Source: Cytophagales bacterium
GTDB lineage: Bacteria > Bacteroidota > Bacteroidia > Cytophagales > Microscillaceae
DNA: 64,000 nucleotides
Assembly (NCBI GenBank): GCA_031425615.1
Contig: JANPJR010000030.1
Coordinates: forward strand, 18,492 to 82,491
Reading direction: 5' to 3'
Shown here: in pieces, positions 38,066 to 47,903 of the stretch
How positions within the stretch are numbered: the first letter of the stretch is position 1
How the letters are laid out: each line of letters starts with the position of its first letter
Notes under the pieces: generated by a model
Told to the model about the DNA's origin: nothing
The model's database searches: none
The model's input: only the letters and a program-made list of their open reading frames with translations
Program-made: the position numbers and the translations under genes

Positions 38066-39898
38066 TTATTTTTCAATTACTTTAAATTCAGTTCTACGAT
38101 TTTTTGAGCGATTGCCTTCATTGTCATTAGGTGCTATTGACTCAGAAAAATCATATCCTTTTACTTCCAAGCGGTTTGCATCTACACCACGTTCAATCAA
38201 ATAATTGCTTACTGCTTGCGCCCTTTTCAAAGAAAGTGCTTGGTTGTATGTTTGAGAGCCAATATTACAAGTATGTCCGCCAAGTTCTACACGTACCGCA
38301 GGATTATCTTGCATAAATTTAAGCAAATCTTCGCAAGATTTTTTAGATACAGGTCTATTCAAATTACTTTTATCATAGTCAAACAATACAATAAATTTGA
38401 AGTTTGGTTTGATATTTTTCTTGTTCATGGTGTCCAATTTCACAATTTGCAAACCAGGAGGTGTAATTGTAAGCCCTGTTTTATCCAATTTTATGAGGTC
38501 AATTTTTGGTGCGCCAATTTTGTAAATGTCTTTGCTACCAAAACCAGCTTCATCAGATGAAACATAATATCCGTTTGCATTGTCTTCTGTAATCATGATG
38601 TGCATATCATCTTCAGGCCCATTGATGGGTGCACTTAAATTTTCAGGTTTTCCCCATTTCCCATTTTCGTCTTGTGATTTGAATACATCATAACCGCCCA
38701 TTGTATCATGTCCTTTGGAAGAAAAATAAAGCGTTTTGCCATCAAAAGACAAGAAAGGTGAATCATCATCATATTCGGTATTGATTTCAGCCACATTTGT
38801 TCCTGGACCCCAATCATTACCTTCTTTTTTACTCATATAAATATCCAATCCACCTTTTCCGCCAGGTCTATCACTTGTGAAGTACATGATATTACCGTCT
38901 TGTGATACACATAAAGAAGTTTCTTGGTATTTAGTATTGATGTTGTTATTGAGTTTTTTAGGGTCGCCAAAATCATCATCATTTGCCTTTTTAGCACTTT
39001 TTTTGTCTTTTGCATTTTTGCCACGTGTAGACATATACAAGTCGCCTTTAGTTTTTTTATTATCTCTGTATAGATAAAGCGTATTACCATCAGCAGAAAG
39101 TGCAGCAGCAGCATCATGATATTTTTCGTTTACATTTTTCATGAGTTGTGCTTTCCCAAATTTTCCATCTTTTCCCCTTGTAGCGATATAAATATCTTCA
39201 AAATATTCATTATCACTCCAATCCATTTTACCGCCTGTTGTGGTATTTCTACGAGAAGTAAAAACCATAAAAGACGAATCACGAGGCATAAGTGGTGTAT
39301 ATTCTGGGTAAGAAGTATTGACATTCGCACCCAAATTTTCAAGGCTTGCATTTATGGGATTTCTCTCATATTTCATACCTGATTCTGTTTCTTGGATACG
39401 TTTTACACAATCTTTAATTTGTTCATCAATCAAAGCAACTTTTTTAGTTTTTGCTTTTTTACTCATTTTGCTATCAGCACTTACTTCGCTACGATATTTT
39501 TCGAGGCTTTCTTTGCCTTTGATGTAGCTTGTTTTTGCTTTTTCGTAATTCCCTTGATAATGCTCACCCATTGCCATCATATATTCCAATTCTGGTTTGA
39601 ATGTAGGAGAATTATCATATACTTTTTTGAAGTATGGATATGATTCACGTTTTTTTTCAGAATTGAGCAAACATACCCCCATTTGATAATTGTATTCCAA
39701 TTCGTTGGGTCTTGTTTTTAGAAGGTCTTTATATATTTCTATAGCTGTGTTATACTCTTGGTATTCCATAGCTTTTATTGCTTCGTTGTTGATGCGTGTA
39801 ATTGCTCTATCCTCACCTTTTTTTTGTGCAATCACTGGATAAACCAATGCACAAGAAAGAAAGATGGTAGATAAGAATGTATTAGATAGAAATTTCAT
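38066..39898 (-). CDS. OmpA-family protein with TPR repeats and PD40/TolB-like beta-propeller repeats
   Basis: Signal peptide, N-terminal TPR-like helices, PD40-type repeats (SQDGNIMYFTSDRPGGKGGLDIY, SFDGKTLYFSSKGHDTMGGYDVF), and a C-terminal OmpA domain (ELGGHTCNIGSQTYNQALSLKRAQAV...NRRTEF). Confidence 0.8.
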   Translation of the reverse strand: MKFLSNTFLSTIFLSCALVYPVIAQKKGEDRAITRINNEAIKAMEYQEYNTAIEIYKDLLKTRPNELEYNYQMGVCLLNSEKKRESYPYFKKVYDNSPTFKPELEYMMAMGEHYQGNYEKAKTSYIKGKESLEKYRSEVSADSKMSKKAKTKKVALIDEQIKDCVKRIQETESGMKYERNPINASLENLGANVNTSYPEYTPLMPRDSSFMVFTSRRNTTTGGKMDWSDNEYFEDIYIATRGKDGKFGKAQLMKNVNEKYHDAAAALSADGNTLYLYRDNKKTKGDLYMSTRGKNAKDKKSAKKANDDDFGDPKKLNNNINTKYQETSLCVSQDGNIMYFTSDRPGGKGGLDIYMSKKEGNDWGPGTNVAEINTEYDDDSPFLSFDGKTLYFSSKGHDTMGGYDVFKSQDENGKWGKPENLSAPINGPEDDMHIMITEDNANGYYVSSDEAGFGSKDIYKIGAPKIDLIKLDKTGLTITPPGLQIVKLDTMNKKNIKPNFKFIVLFDYDKSNLNRPVSKKSCEDLLKFMQDNPAVRVELGGHTCNIGSQTYNQALSLKRAQAVSNYLIERGVDANRLEVKGYDFSESIAPNDNEGNRSKNRRTEFKVIEK

Positions 39899-40129
39899 AG
39901 TGTTTTTTTGGTTTTTGAAGTAAATAGATTGTCAAAATCTTAAATTACCAAAATTGAAAAGATTAAAATAAAGAAATAGGAATAAACGAAGTTATCAGCG
40001 GTTAGTTTTATAAATTTAATTTATGTTTTAAGTTTTAAACTTATAAAACTGTGCCATGTATTATATTTTTTGATAATAAATTTCCAAAAACTTATAACTT
40101 GATACTGATAATTTGGATTAAACTACATT

Positions 40130-41125
40130 TTATCTACGCAAACGTGGATGACGACGTGTAGTAAGGATATAGTTCAAATGAATACCCGTTACCAAGTAAA
40201 AATCATTCAACTGTTTTCCTTGTGAGCCACGTACAGAGCCTGGTTCTCTACCATCAAGCAGAGGATATACGATACCATTACTATCAGTCCAAGTTGAAAG
40301 TGTACCTAATTTTGTTTCCAAAAAAGCCAAATCACGTGTGTTGCCTGAGAATACATTGGTAGGTTCTGCTGTGCGGTTTGACATTCTGCGTGCAAGTTCG
40401 GAATCCAAATCTTTCAAATCAGGATAATTGCCACCCACATCATCAATGTGGTCAGTTGTAAGAATACGTCCTCCAACTTCAGCAGATATATCCCATTTGT
40501 CAGTCAAACGGAAACGTACACCAATACCAATAGGGAATGCCAACTGAAAATTAGAATACATTTTTGCATAACCTTCTTTTCCTTGACCTTCTGTACCCAA
40601 TGGGCGTAAAGCTACCCAACCACCACCCATACTTTCAGGTGCTTTTGCTTTTGGATTGTGGTAAAAACCAGCAACACCTCCAAATATGTATGGATTCCAA
40701 TATGCGCGACGATAAAAACGGTTTGGGTTTTTAAACAATTCATATTGTCCAACTACTGCAAGTTCAATAATATCATTGCGAAAATGCAAATTACGTCCAT
40801 AACGTCCTACACTTGATGGAGAATCAGGGCTTGCAGAAGTATTATCGTTGCCTACCAATCGTCCATAATTCAAACTTGCTCGCACATACCAATGTTGTGT
40901 CATTTTGCGGGCAATTTGTATACCAAAGTTTGGACGTGTATGGTCAAGTTTCGTAGAAACGAATTGTTTTAATGGATTCAAATCACCGAAATAATTGAAA
41001 GCATTGATTTGTGCACCAACTGACCAGTATTTTTCGGTGCGTTGGCTTGGCGGTGTTCTTTGTGCTGTTGCAATAGAAGCAAAAAAAAGAGATAAAACCG
41101 CAGTGAGTAGTAAGTGTTTTTTCAT
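40130..41125 (-). CDS. Hypothetical outer-membrane beta-barrel protein
   Basis: ATG at 41125 (MKKHLLLTAVLSLFFASIATAQ signal peptide). Alternating hydrophobic beta-strand pattern. C-terminal residues basic. Confidence 0.5.
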   Translation of the reverse strand: MKKHLLLTAVLSLFFASIATAQRTPPSQRTEKYWSVGAQINAFNYFGDLNPLKQFVSTKLDHTRPNFGIQIARKMTQHWYVRASLNYGRLVGNDNTSASPDSPSSVGRYGRNLHFRNDIIELAVVGQYELFKNPNRFYRRAYWNPYIFGGVAGFYHNPKAKAPESMGGGWVALRPLGTEGQGKEGYAKMYSNFQLAFPIGIGVRFRLTDKWDISAEVGGRILTTDHIDDVGGNYPDLKDLDSELARRMSNRTAEPTNVFSGNTRDLAFLETKLGTLSTWTDSNGIVYPLLDGREPGSVRGSQGKQLNDFYLVTGIHLNYILTTRRHPRLRR

Positions 41126-41665
41126 GACAAACAAGATTAATGGTTTGTGAGAATATGTTTTTAAGTGTGTGTTTTTTATTTTATGCAGTTATTTTTATAC
41201 TATTTTAATTTTGGTAAAATAGTAAAAAACAAAACGTTATATTAAAAAAGGGGAAATTTAACGATTTTTTAGATAAAGTTATTAAAAAAAGAATTAAGCA
41301 TTAAAAATAAATAAATTTTATAAATTTAGGTTATGTCTGTCTCATTTTTTTGAGATATTTTTATATTATGCGTAAAAAACCATTGCAAAATTACACCTTT
41401 TTTTTGATTTTTTCTAAAAAATATTTTATTTTTTGTAAAATATATCATCATTTTTCTTGGAAAAATACGAAAAATTGAAAATATATCATCATTATTTTAA
41501 AATATATTTGCATTTACTAACCAAAAGTAACCCTTTTCCCACAAGAAAACAAAAAATGCTTAAAAAAATTAACTTTTTTTACCATTTTGTAAGGTTTAAA
41601 AAAAAGCATTTAAAAATAATAACTATGTTTGTATATGGTTTTTTTTATGAATTTCAATAAAATAT

Positions 41666-42007
41666 ATGAATGTAAAAGATTTCTTAAATGCACAACAAAA
41701 AAACATAGATGATCTGCTTACACAAGAGATGTCGCTGTTGATATTGGGTTATTTGAGCCAAAAAGATGAAGATTTTAAACAGTTTTTAGATTTTTTTTGG
41801 CAAGAAATTCACAAAAATACAACAGACTTAATCAAAAATGTACTTATACAATTACCAGAATATCAATACCTTGAAGCATATAGTAATGAACTACAAGATA
41901 ATGAGCAATATAATATATTGAAAAAAATCATTGCTGAAGCTGTTCAAATGCGTATTCAAGTGTCTAAATCTGTTGTAGAAGATTGGAGAAAACAAATAAA
42001 TGATTAG
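41666..42007 (+). CDS. Hypothetical small protein (113 aa)
   Basis: ORF with ATG. The stop lies within a 12-bp x3 tandem repeat. No domain recognised. Confidence 0.3.
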   Translation: MNVKDFLNAQQKNIDDLLTQEMSLLILGYLSQKDEDFKQFLDFFWQEIHKNTTDLIKNVLIQLPEYQYLEAYSNELQDNEQYNILKKIIAEAVQMRIQVSKSVVEDWRKQIND

Positions 42008-42033
42008 TTAAATGATTAGTTAAATGATTAGTT
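41998..42033 (+). repeat. 12-bp tandem repeat (AAATGATTAGTT)x3 spanning the stop codon of the 113-aa ORF
   Basis: Direct reading. Confidence 0.85.
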
Positions 42034-42246
42034 TTTTGCAACAATTTAGAAAATAATAATTTATTCGTATCTATTTAGCCTATATTTTAAAATGTTGTTT
42101 TGGAACACACAGACTAATAGTCTGTGCTACGAAAATACAAAAAAACGCTTTATCATTGTTAATTCCCCCTTTGAGGTTAGGGGGTTAAATAGTTACATTT
42201 ATTCAAATATAATAAACCAATACAATAACCTAATACAATTTGGAAA

Positions 42247-43275
42247 ATGTCTTTAAATAAACTCGCCCTAATCCGCTACAAAACCATTGATGAGTGTTTG
42301 CAAAATAGATATAGAAATTGGACATTAGAAGATTTGATGGACAAAGTTTCTGATGCAATTTATGAATATGAAGGGATAGATTCAGGCATTAGCAAACGCA
42401 CAATACAAGCTGATATTCAACTTATGCGAAGTGATAAACTTGGCTACAATGCACCAATTATCGTAAAAGAAAAGAAATATTATACCTATGAAGATAAAAA
42501 TTATAGCATTTCTAAAACGATATTCAATGACAAAAATATCGAAGTTATCAAAGAAAGTCTGGAAATTTTAAAACAATTTGGTGATTTTGCATTGTTTGAA
42601 GGTGTTGGAGATGCAATTTTGAAATTGGAAAATAAAATAAATAATCCACAAAATACTAAAAGAAAATTCATTCAGTTTGAACAAAACCAACAACTCAAAG
42701 GTTTGAATTTTTTGATGCCTTTGTATCAAATTATTGCCCAAAAGAAAACAATTAATTTGTCTTATCAATCATTCAAAGCACAATTTAAAGACAATCCGCC
42801 CAAAGATTTTATCATCTATCCATATCTGCTCAAAGAATACCGAAATCGCTGGTTTTTGATTGGCACAGAAAAAAACAGAACTGCTGTTGCAACTTTTGCA
42901 TTGGATAGAATTGTGAATTTTGAAATATTGCCACAAGAACATTTTAACGAAATAAACATAGATTTTGAGCATTATTATAGCAACTTGATTGGCGTTACAA
43001 AGTCAGAACAACAAGCAACCGAAAAAGTGGTCTTGCAAGTAGAAAAATCAACTATTTTGTATGTTTTAACAAAACCTTTGCACGCTTCACAAAAAATATT
43101 GCAAGAATTCCAAGACAGTACCATTATTTCCTTAGATGTGGTATTAAATTTTGAATTAGAAAAAGAAATTTTGGGTTTTGGGGAAGGTATTAAAGTGCTT
43201 TCACCCGATTTATTGGTACAAAATATGAAAAGAAGGCTCAAAAAAGCATCTAAATTTTATGAAAATAACGAATAA
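42247..43275 (+). CDS. HTH + WYL-domain transcriptional regulator
   Basis: N-terminal DeoR/HTH_11-like region (LNKLALIRYKTIDECLQNR...WTLEDLMDKV). Central YPYLLKEYRNRWFLIGTEKNRTAVATFALDRIVNFEIL matches the WYL-domain core (W.L.g......r.frldRI). A C-terminal extension follows. Confidence 0.7.
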   Translation: MSLNKLALIRYKTIDECLQNRYRNWTLEDLMDKVSDAIYEYEGIDSGISKRTIQADIQLMRSDKLGYNAPIIVKEKKYYTYEDKNYSISKTIFNDKNIEVIKESLEILKQFGDFALFEGVGDAILKLENKINNPQNTKRKFIQFEQNQQLKGLNFLMPLYQIIAQKKTINLSYQSFKAQFKDNPPKDFIIYPYLLKEYRNRWFLIGTEKNRTAVATFALDRIVNFEILPQEHFNEINIDFEHYYSNLIGVTKSEQQATEKVVLQVEKSTILYVLTKPLHASQKILQEFQDSTIISLDVVLNFELEKEILGFGEGIKVLSPDLLVQNMKRRLKKASKFYENNE

Positions 43276-44329
43276 CTTTTTTTTGTACTTCCTGCTGATA
43301 GGCTTTTTAGGATTAGGTGGTTGTACAAAAAAAAAAGAAAACCTACCTATTTCATTCTACTTTTGGCAAACTACTTATAAAAAAAATACGCCAAACCCAC
43401 AAGATTTTTTGAAAAAATTAAATAAAAATACAAACAAAAATACCAATAAAAATCCGACACTTTTTGTGCGGTTATTTGATGTGGATTTTAACCCAGAAAG
43501 CGGGTCTGCTGAACCTGTTGGTATTTTGCAAGACGATATTTTGAAAAACATAAGTTTTTTACCCAAAAAAACACACATTGCACCTGTTGTATTTATCACA
43601 AACCAAACAATGCACGCATTGAAAAAAGATGATGTAGCAATTTTGGCAAATAGAATTTGGAAAAAAGTTGTTTTTTTGGTAAAAGATTTTACATTTTCTA
43701 CTTTTCAAATTGATTGTGATTGGAACGAAAGCACAAAAGCAAATTTCTTTCATTTTCTCAACACACTTCAAACACTTTCCAACAAACAATCCATAGAAAT
43801 TTCGGTAACAATTAGACTTCACCAAATAAAATTTTATAAAAAAACAGGCATTCCACCTGTCAAAATTGGAACACTCATGGCGTATAATATGGGCAATGTG
43901 CGTGCATTAGACACCGAAAATTCTATTTTGGACACCAAAATTTTGCCCAATTATCTTGCAGGTTTGCCCAATTATCCTTTAACATTGGATTTAGCTTTGC
44001 CACTTTTTTCATGGATTGTGGTGCAAAGGCAAGGAAAAGTAATAAAATTATTACCCCAAGAAGATTTTAATTTTAAAAAACATAAATTCCTTAAAGAAAA
44101 TTTTTATGAAGTAACTGAAAGTCAATATGTAAATGGATATTATTTGTATAAAAATGATATATTAAAATTAGAAACTACTTCCAAAGAAAATTTGGCTAAT
44201 GTCGCAGAAATATTGCAACAATACACTCCAAAAAATAGATTTAAAAAGGTTGTATTTTACCACTTTGAAAAAAATATTTTAGAAAAATTTGATATAAAAT
44301 TTTTGCAAGACATTAGTAGTAAATTTTAA
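43259..44329 (+). CDS. Hypothetical lipoprotein (356 aa); its start overlaps the 3' end of the WYL regulator gene
   Basis: ATG at 43259 overlaps the regulator's last 17 nt. Lipobox LGLGGCTKK. No domain recognised. Confidence 0.5.
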   Translation: MKITNNFFLYFLLIGFLGLGGCTKKKENLPISFYFWQTTYKKNTPNPQDFLKKLNKNTNKNTNKNPTLFVRLFDVDFNPESGSAEPVGILQDDILKNISFLPKKTHIAPVVFITNQTMHALKKDDVAILANRIWKKVVFLVKDFTFSTFQIDCDWNESTKANFFHFLNTLQTLSNKQSIEISVTIRLHQIKFYKKTGIPPVKIGTLMAYNMGNVRALDTENSILDTKILPNYLAGLPNYPLTLDLALPLFSWIVVQRQGKVIKLLPQEDFNFKKHKFLKENFYEVTESQYVNGYYLYKNDILKLETTSKENLANVAEILQQYTPKNRFKKVVFYHFEKNILEKFDIKFLQDISSKF

Positions 44330-44355
44330 TAAATTTTGGTAATAAATTTTAAAAA

Positions 44356-45015
44356 ATGAAAAATATTAGCATAAAAGTTTGTGGTATGCGTGATACCCAA
44401 AATATAATAGATATTGCACAAATACCCAATATTACACATTTAGGGTTTATTTTTACGCCCAAATCACAGCGTTTTGTAGGACATGATTTTGAAATGCCTG
44501 AATTGCCTACACATATTCAAAAAGTAGGTGTTTTCCTTGACCAAAGTTTAGACGAAGTATTGGCAAAATGTGCCAAATATAACCTTGATATGATACAACT
44601 GCATGGCAACGAAAGTCCAGATTATTGTCAATATGCCCAATCGCCCATGATGCAAGGGCGTAGAGGTTTGGAAAAACGCCCAAAAATCATAAAAGCATTT
44701 TCTATAGACGAGTATTTTGATATGAATATTTTGGCAGAATATAGCTTGCATTGCGATTTTTTTCTGCTGGATACAAAAGGCAAAAATGCAGGCGGAAATG
44801 GTGTAACATTTGATTGGGAAATATTAAAAAACCATATTTTTGAACGCCCTATTTTTTTGAGTGGTGGCATTTCCTTAGAAAATATGCAAAAATTGCAAGA
44901 TTTTCTCACAAAAAATCCCCAAATTCCTATTCAATGCTTAGACATTAATAGTAAATTTGAGGATAATATTGCTTTGAAAAATGTGGGGAAAATTAAAGCA
45001 TTTTTGGAATTGTAG
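44356..45015 (+). CDS. trpF: Phosphoribosylanthranilate isomerase (TrpF)
   Basis: IKVCGMRD..., DMIQLHGNES, DFFLLDTKGKNAGGNGVTFDWEIL, FLSGGISLENM match the PRAI TIM-barrel motifs. Confidence 0.8.
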   Translation: MKNISIKVCGMRDTQNIIDIAQIPNITHLGFIFTPKSQRFVGHDFEMPELPTHIQKVGVFLDQSLDEVLAKCAKYNLDMIQLHGNESPDYCQYAQSPMMQGRRGLEKRPKIIKAFSIDEYFDMNILAEYSLHCDFFLLDTKGKNAGGNGVTFDWEILKNHIFERPIFLSGGISLENMQKLQDFLTKNPQIPIQCLDINSKFEDNIALKNVGKIKAFLEL

Positions 45016-45057
45016 ATTATGAATTATGAATTATGAATTATGAATTATGAATTATTT
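45016..45057. repeat. Heptamer tandem repeat (ATTATGA)x5 plus a partial copy, starting the base after the trpF stop codon
   Basis: Direct reading. It is followed by an AT-only 9-bp palindrome, attatttta-attat-taaaataat. Confidence 0.85.
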
Positions 45058-45163
45058 TAATTATTAAAATAATATTTTAACAAAACTATTTTCCTTAGAA
45101 GAAGAAATTTAAAATTATTGATTTTTCACAATTTTTAATCATTTATAACCTATAATCCATAAT

Positions 45164-46726
45164 TTATCTTTTTGGTGCTGATTTTGTTGCTTTATCCACA
45201 AAAATACGTTTTTCACGGTTTGCAATTTCCCAAGCGGTACTAAAAATTAGGCGACCAATTTTTTCCATTTTAGGAAAATGGATTTTTTCTACATCATCAG
45301 TAGGTTGGTGATAATCTTCATGCACACCATTAAAATAAAAAATAATTGGAATATCATTTTTTGCAAAATTGTAATGGTCAGAACGATAATAAAAACGGTT
45401 TGGGTCGTTTTCATCATTATATTTGTAGTCCAGTTTGATATTTTCGGTTTTTTTGTTTACTTCTTCGCTGAGGTTGTGAAGTTCAGTAGAAAGTTTATCA
45501 GAACCAATCAAATACACATAATTAGGATTATTGTCTTTTTGGTATTCTTCGCCAATGCGTCCCACCATATCAATATTCAAATCAACAACCGTATTTTTAA
45601 GTGGGAAAATAGGGTCGTTGTCCGCATAATATTGTGAGCCAAACAAACCAAGTTCTTCACCTGCAACAGTCATAAACAGCATACTTCTGCGAGGGCGTTT
45701 GCCATCTTTGCTTGCTTGTGCAAATGCTTCTGCGAGTTCTAATACAGTAACTGTACCTGAGCCATCATCATCAGCACCATTATACACGATTTTTTTGCCA
45801 TCAATTTCTTTAAAACCTACATGGTCATAGTGCGAAGTAATCACCACAACTTCCTCTTTTTTGTCTGTACCTTCCAAAAAACCAAGTACATTTTCAGAAC
45901 TCCACTCCTCTTTTTCTTTCATGTTGGCTTGGAGTGTGATTTTTTTGGATTTTTTACTAATGTCTTTTGGATTTTTAAATAATGCTTCTTCTTTTACGCC
46001 CAATACTTCTGCGGTATATTTTGGTGAGAAATAAAATGTAACGGTTTCTTTTTTATTAGGATTGCTTAGGCTTTTGAGTGTTCTTTCAAAATAAAAAGCA
46101 TTTTCCTCATAATCCGTATCAAATTCTTCTTGGTTTTTACCAATCGTAATAATGATGGCTTTTGCTCCTTTTTCTCTTGCAGTTTTTGCTTGTTCTTTTT
46201 GGTTTTCGTTTTGCAAAATGATTACTGCTTTATCTTTTACGTCTATTTTTGCCAATTCTTCTTGTGTGGGATTACCCAAAAACAATGTTTGAAATTTTTT
46301 TGCCTTGCGTAGTTCATAAGAAACCCCTTTTACATAAAAATTTTTATCTTTTGTAAAAACTGATTTTTTGCCTTTTTCTGCTTGCACAAATACCTCGTCC
46401 CAACTGCGTTGCATAAGTTGAAATTTTTGCAAATATTCCATACCTTTGCTTGTTTTGACAGGAGGCGTAAGTCCTATTTTTTTGAAATGATTTGCAATGT
46501 ATTCCGCAGCACGTTTTTGACCTGCTGACCCTGTATTGCGTCCTTCCATTTCATCAGAGGCAATAATTGTAAGGTGTTTTTTTAAATCTTCTTGCAAAAT
46601 AGTTTTGGCATATTTGGCAGATTCTTCCGTTTTGATATCTTGTGCAAACACCGAAACAGGCAACAAAAGAGTACCCAACAATAATGATTTTTGTAAGGTT
46701 TTTTGTAGGTTTTTTTGAAAATTCAT
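45164..46726 (-). CDS. M28-family aminopeptidase with PA domain, secreted
   Basis: Signal peptide. HYDHVGF...GADDDGSGTVTVLELAEAF, ...MLFMTVAGEELGLFGSQYY, and ...YHQPTDD are M28 zinc-ligand motifs. Confidence 0.8.
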   Translation of the reverse strand: MNFQKNLQKTLQKSLLLGTLLLPVSVFAQDIKTEESAKYAKTILQEDLKKHLTIIASDEMEGRNTGSAGQKRAAEYIANHFKKIGLTPPVKTSKGMEYLQKFQLMQRSWDEVFVQAEKGKKSVFTKDKNFYVKGVSYELRKAKKFQTLFLGNPTQEELAKIDVKDKAVIILQNENQKEQAKTAREKGAKAIIITIGKNQEEFDTDYEENAFYFERTLKSLSNPNKKETVTFYFSPKYTAEVLGVKEEALFKNPKDISKKSKKITLQANMKEKEEWSSENVLGFLEGTDKKEEVVVITSHYDHVGFKEIDGKKIVYNGADDDGSGTVTVLELAEAFAQASKDGKRPRRSMLFMTVAGEELGLFGSQYYADNDPIFPLKNTVVDLNIDMVGRIGEEYQKDNNPNYVYLIGSDKLSTELHNLSEEVNKKTENIKLDYKYNDENDPNRFYYRSDHYNFAKNDIPIIFYFNGVHEDYHQPTDDVEKIHFPKMEKIGRLIFSTAWEIANREKRIFVDKATKSAPKR

Positions 46727-46943
46727 GTAAAAATATATTTAAAAAAATTATTTAAAAGTAAAAATAATACGTAATTTCTGTATGAGTTGATAATATCAAA
46801 AGTTATTACAAATTATGAAAAAATATTTGAAAAATTTGTATCAAAAAGGCAATCTAAAAAGCGGAAATATGCTACAAGATTACAAAAAAAACGAAAAACA
46901 GCCAAAGATATTTTGGTGTTGTACTTTTTTTATTTTATCATTT

Positions 46944-47774
46944 TTAAAAAAACTTAGCCATTTCTTGTTGCCAATATAAAGCACGTTTTTGGGCTAATTG
47001 TGCAAAGTTTTCTTCGTGTGTTGTGCTTTGATTCTCGTGTGTAATTTCTTGTTCAAAAGCAAAAATTATATCTCTTGAAATATTGATTAAAAGCCCTTCT
47101 TCTGCATTTCTACCATATTTTATTACTTCTTCAAGGTTACCACCTTGTGTGCCTACACCTGGAATGAGTAAAAAATGATTTGGAATTATTTTTCTGATAT
47201 TTTCCAATGCTGAGGTTTTTGTAGCACCTATCACAAACATCATATTTTTTTCATTTCCCCATGTAGAAGCGGTTTTTAGCACATTTTCGTATAATTTTTC
47301 ACCATTTTCAAGGGTAAGCATTTGAAAATCCAAAGCAGAATTATTTGAGGTAAGCCCCAAAACAATGGCGTATTTTTGGTCATATTGCAAAAAAGGTGTT
47401 ACCGAATCTTTACCCATATAAGGTGCTATTGTAACTGCATCAAAGTCCATTTTTTCAAAAAAAGCCTTCGCATAACTGTCTGCGGTGTTGCCTATGTCAC
47501 CACGTTTGGCATCAGCAATGATAAAAATATCTTTTGGTATAATGTCAAGCGTTTGTTGCATGGCTTCCCAACCCAATGTACCTTGTGCCTCATAAAAAGC
47601 GGTATTGAGTTTGTAGCTTACTGCTAAATGTTGTGTTGCGTCTATAATGGCTTTATTAAAAGCAAATATTGGATTTTTGTAATTTTTTTTGAGAAAATTA
47701 GGGATTTTGTTTAAATCACTGTCTAACCCAATACACAAGAAGGATTTTTTTTGGCGTATTTGTTCCGTAAGCAT
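46944..47774 (-). CDS. pyrF: Orotidine-5'-phosphate decarboxylase (type 2, long form)
   Basis: IIADAKRGDIGNTADSYAKAFF (the KRGDIGNT hallmark). 276 aa. Confidence 0.9.
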   Translation of the reverse strand: MLTEQIRQKKSFLCIGLDSDLNKIPNFLKKNYKNPIFAFNKAIIDATQHLAVSYKLNTAFYEAQGTLGWEAMQQTLDIIPKDIFIIADAKRGDIGNTADSYAKAFFEKMDFDAVTIAPYMGKDSVTPFLQYDQKYAIVLGLTSNNSALDFQMLTLENGEKLYENVLKTASTWGNEKNMMFVIGATKTSALENIRKIIPNHFLLIPGVGTQGGNLEEVIKYGRNAEEGLLINISRDIIFAFEQEITHENQSTTHEENFAQLAQKRALYWQQEMAKFF

Positions 47775-47780
47775 TTTTTG

Positions 47781-47817
47781 GAATTAGGAATTAGGAATTA
47801 GGAATTTTTTTGTCATT
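47781..47817. repeat. Heptamer repeat (GAATTAG)x3 + GAATTTTTTTGTCATT immediately upstream of pyrF
   Basis: The same element as 14913..14944, with a different copy number. Confidence 0.8.
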
Positions 47818-47903
47818 ATTGTTAGAAATTTGGTTATTTATATGCGTAAAAATTGATAGATAACTAAAAAAACTGACAACTGAAAAAAACTGACAACTTT
47901 ACA

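Noticed and set aside
41457-41660. 67-aa Lys-rich ORF in the long AT-rich spacer
   Set aside because: Its composition simply reflects poly-A/T DNA and it has no support. It was treated as non-coding.
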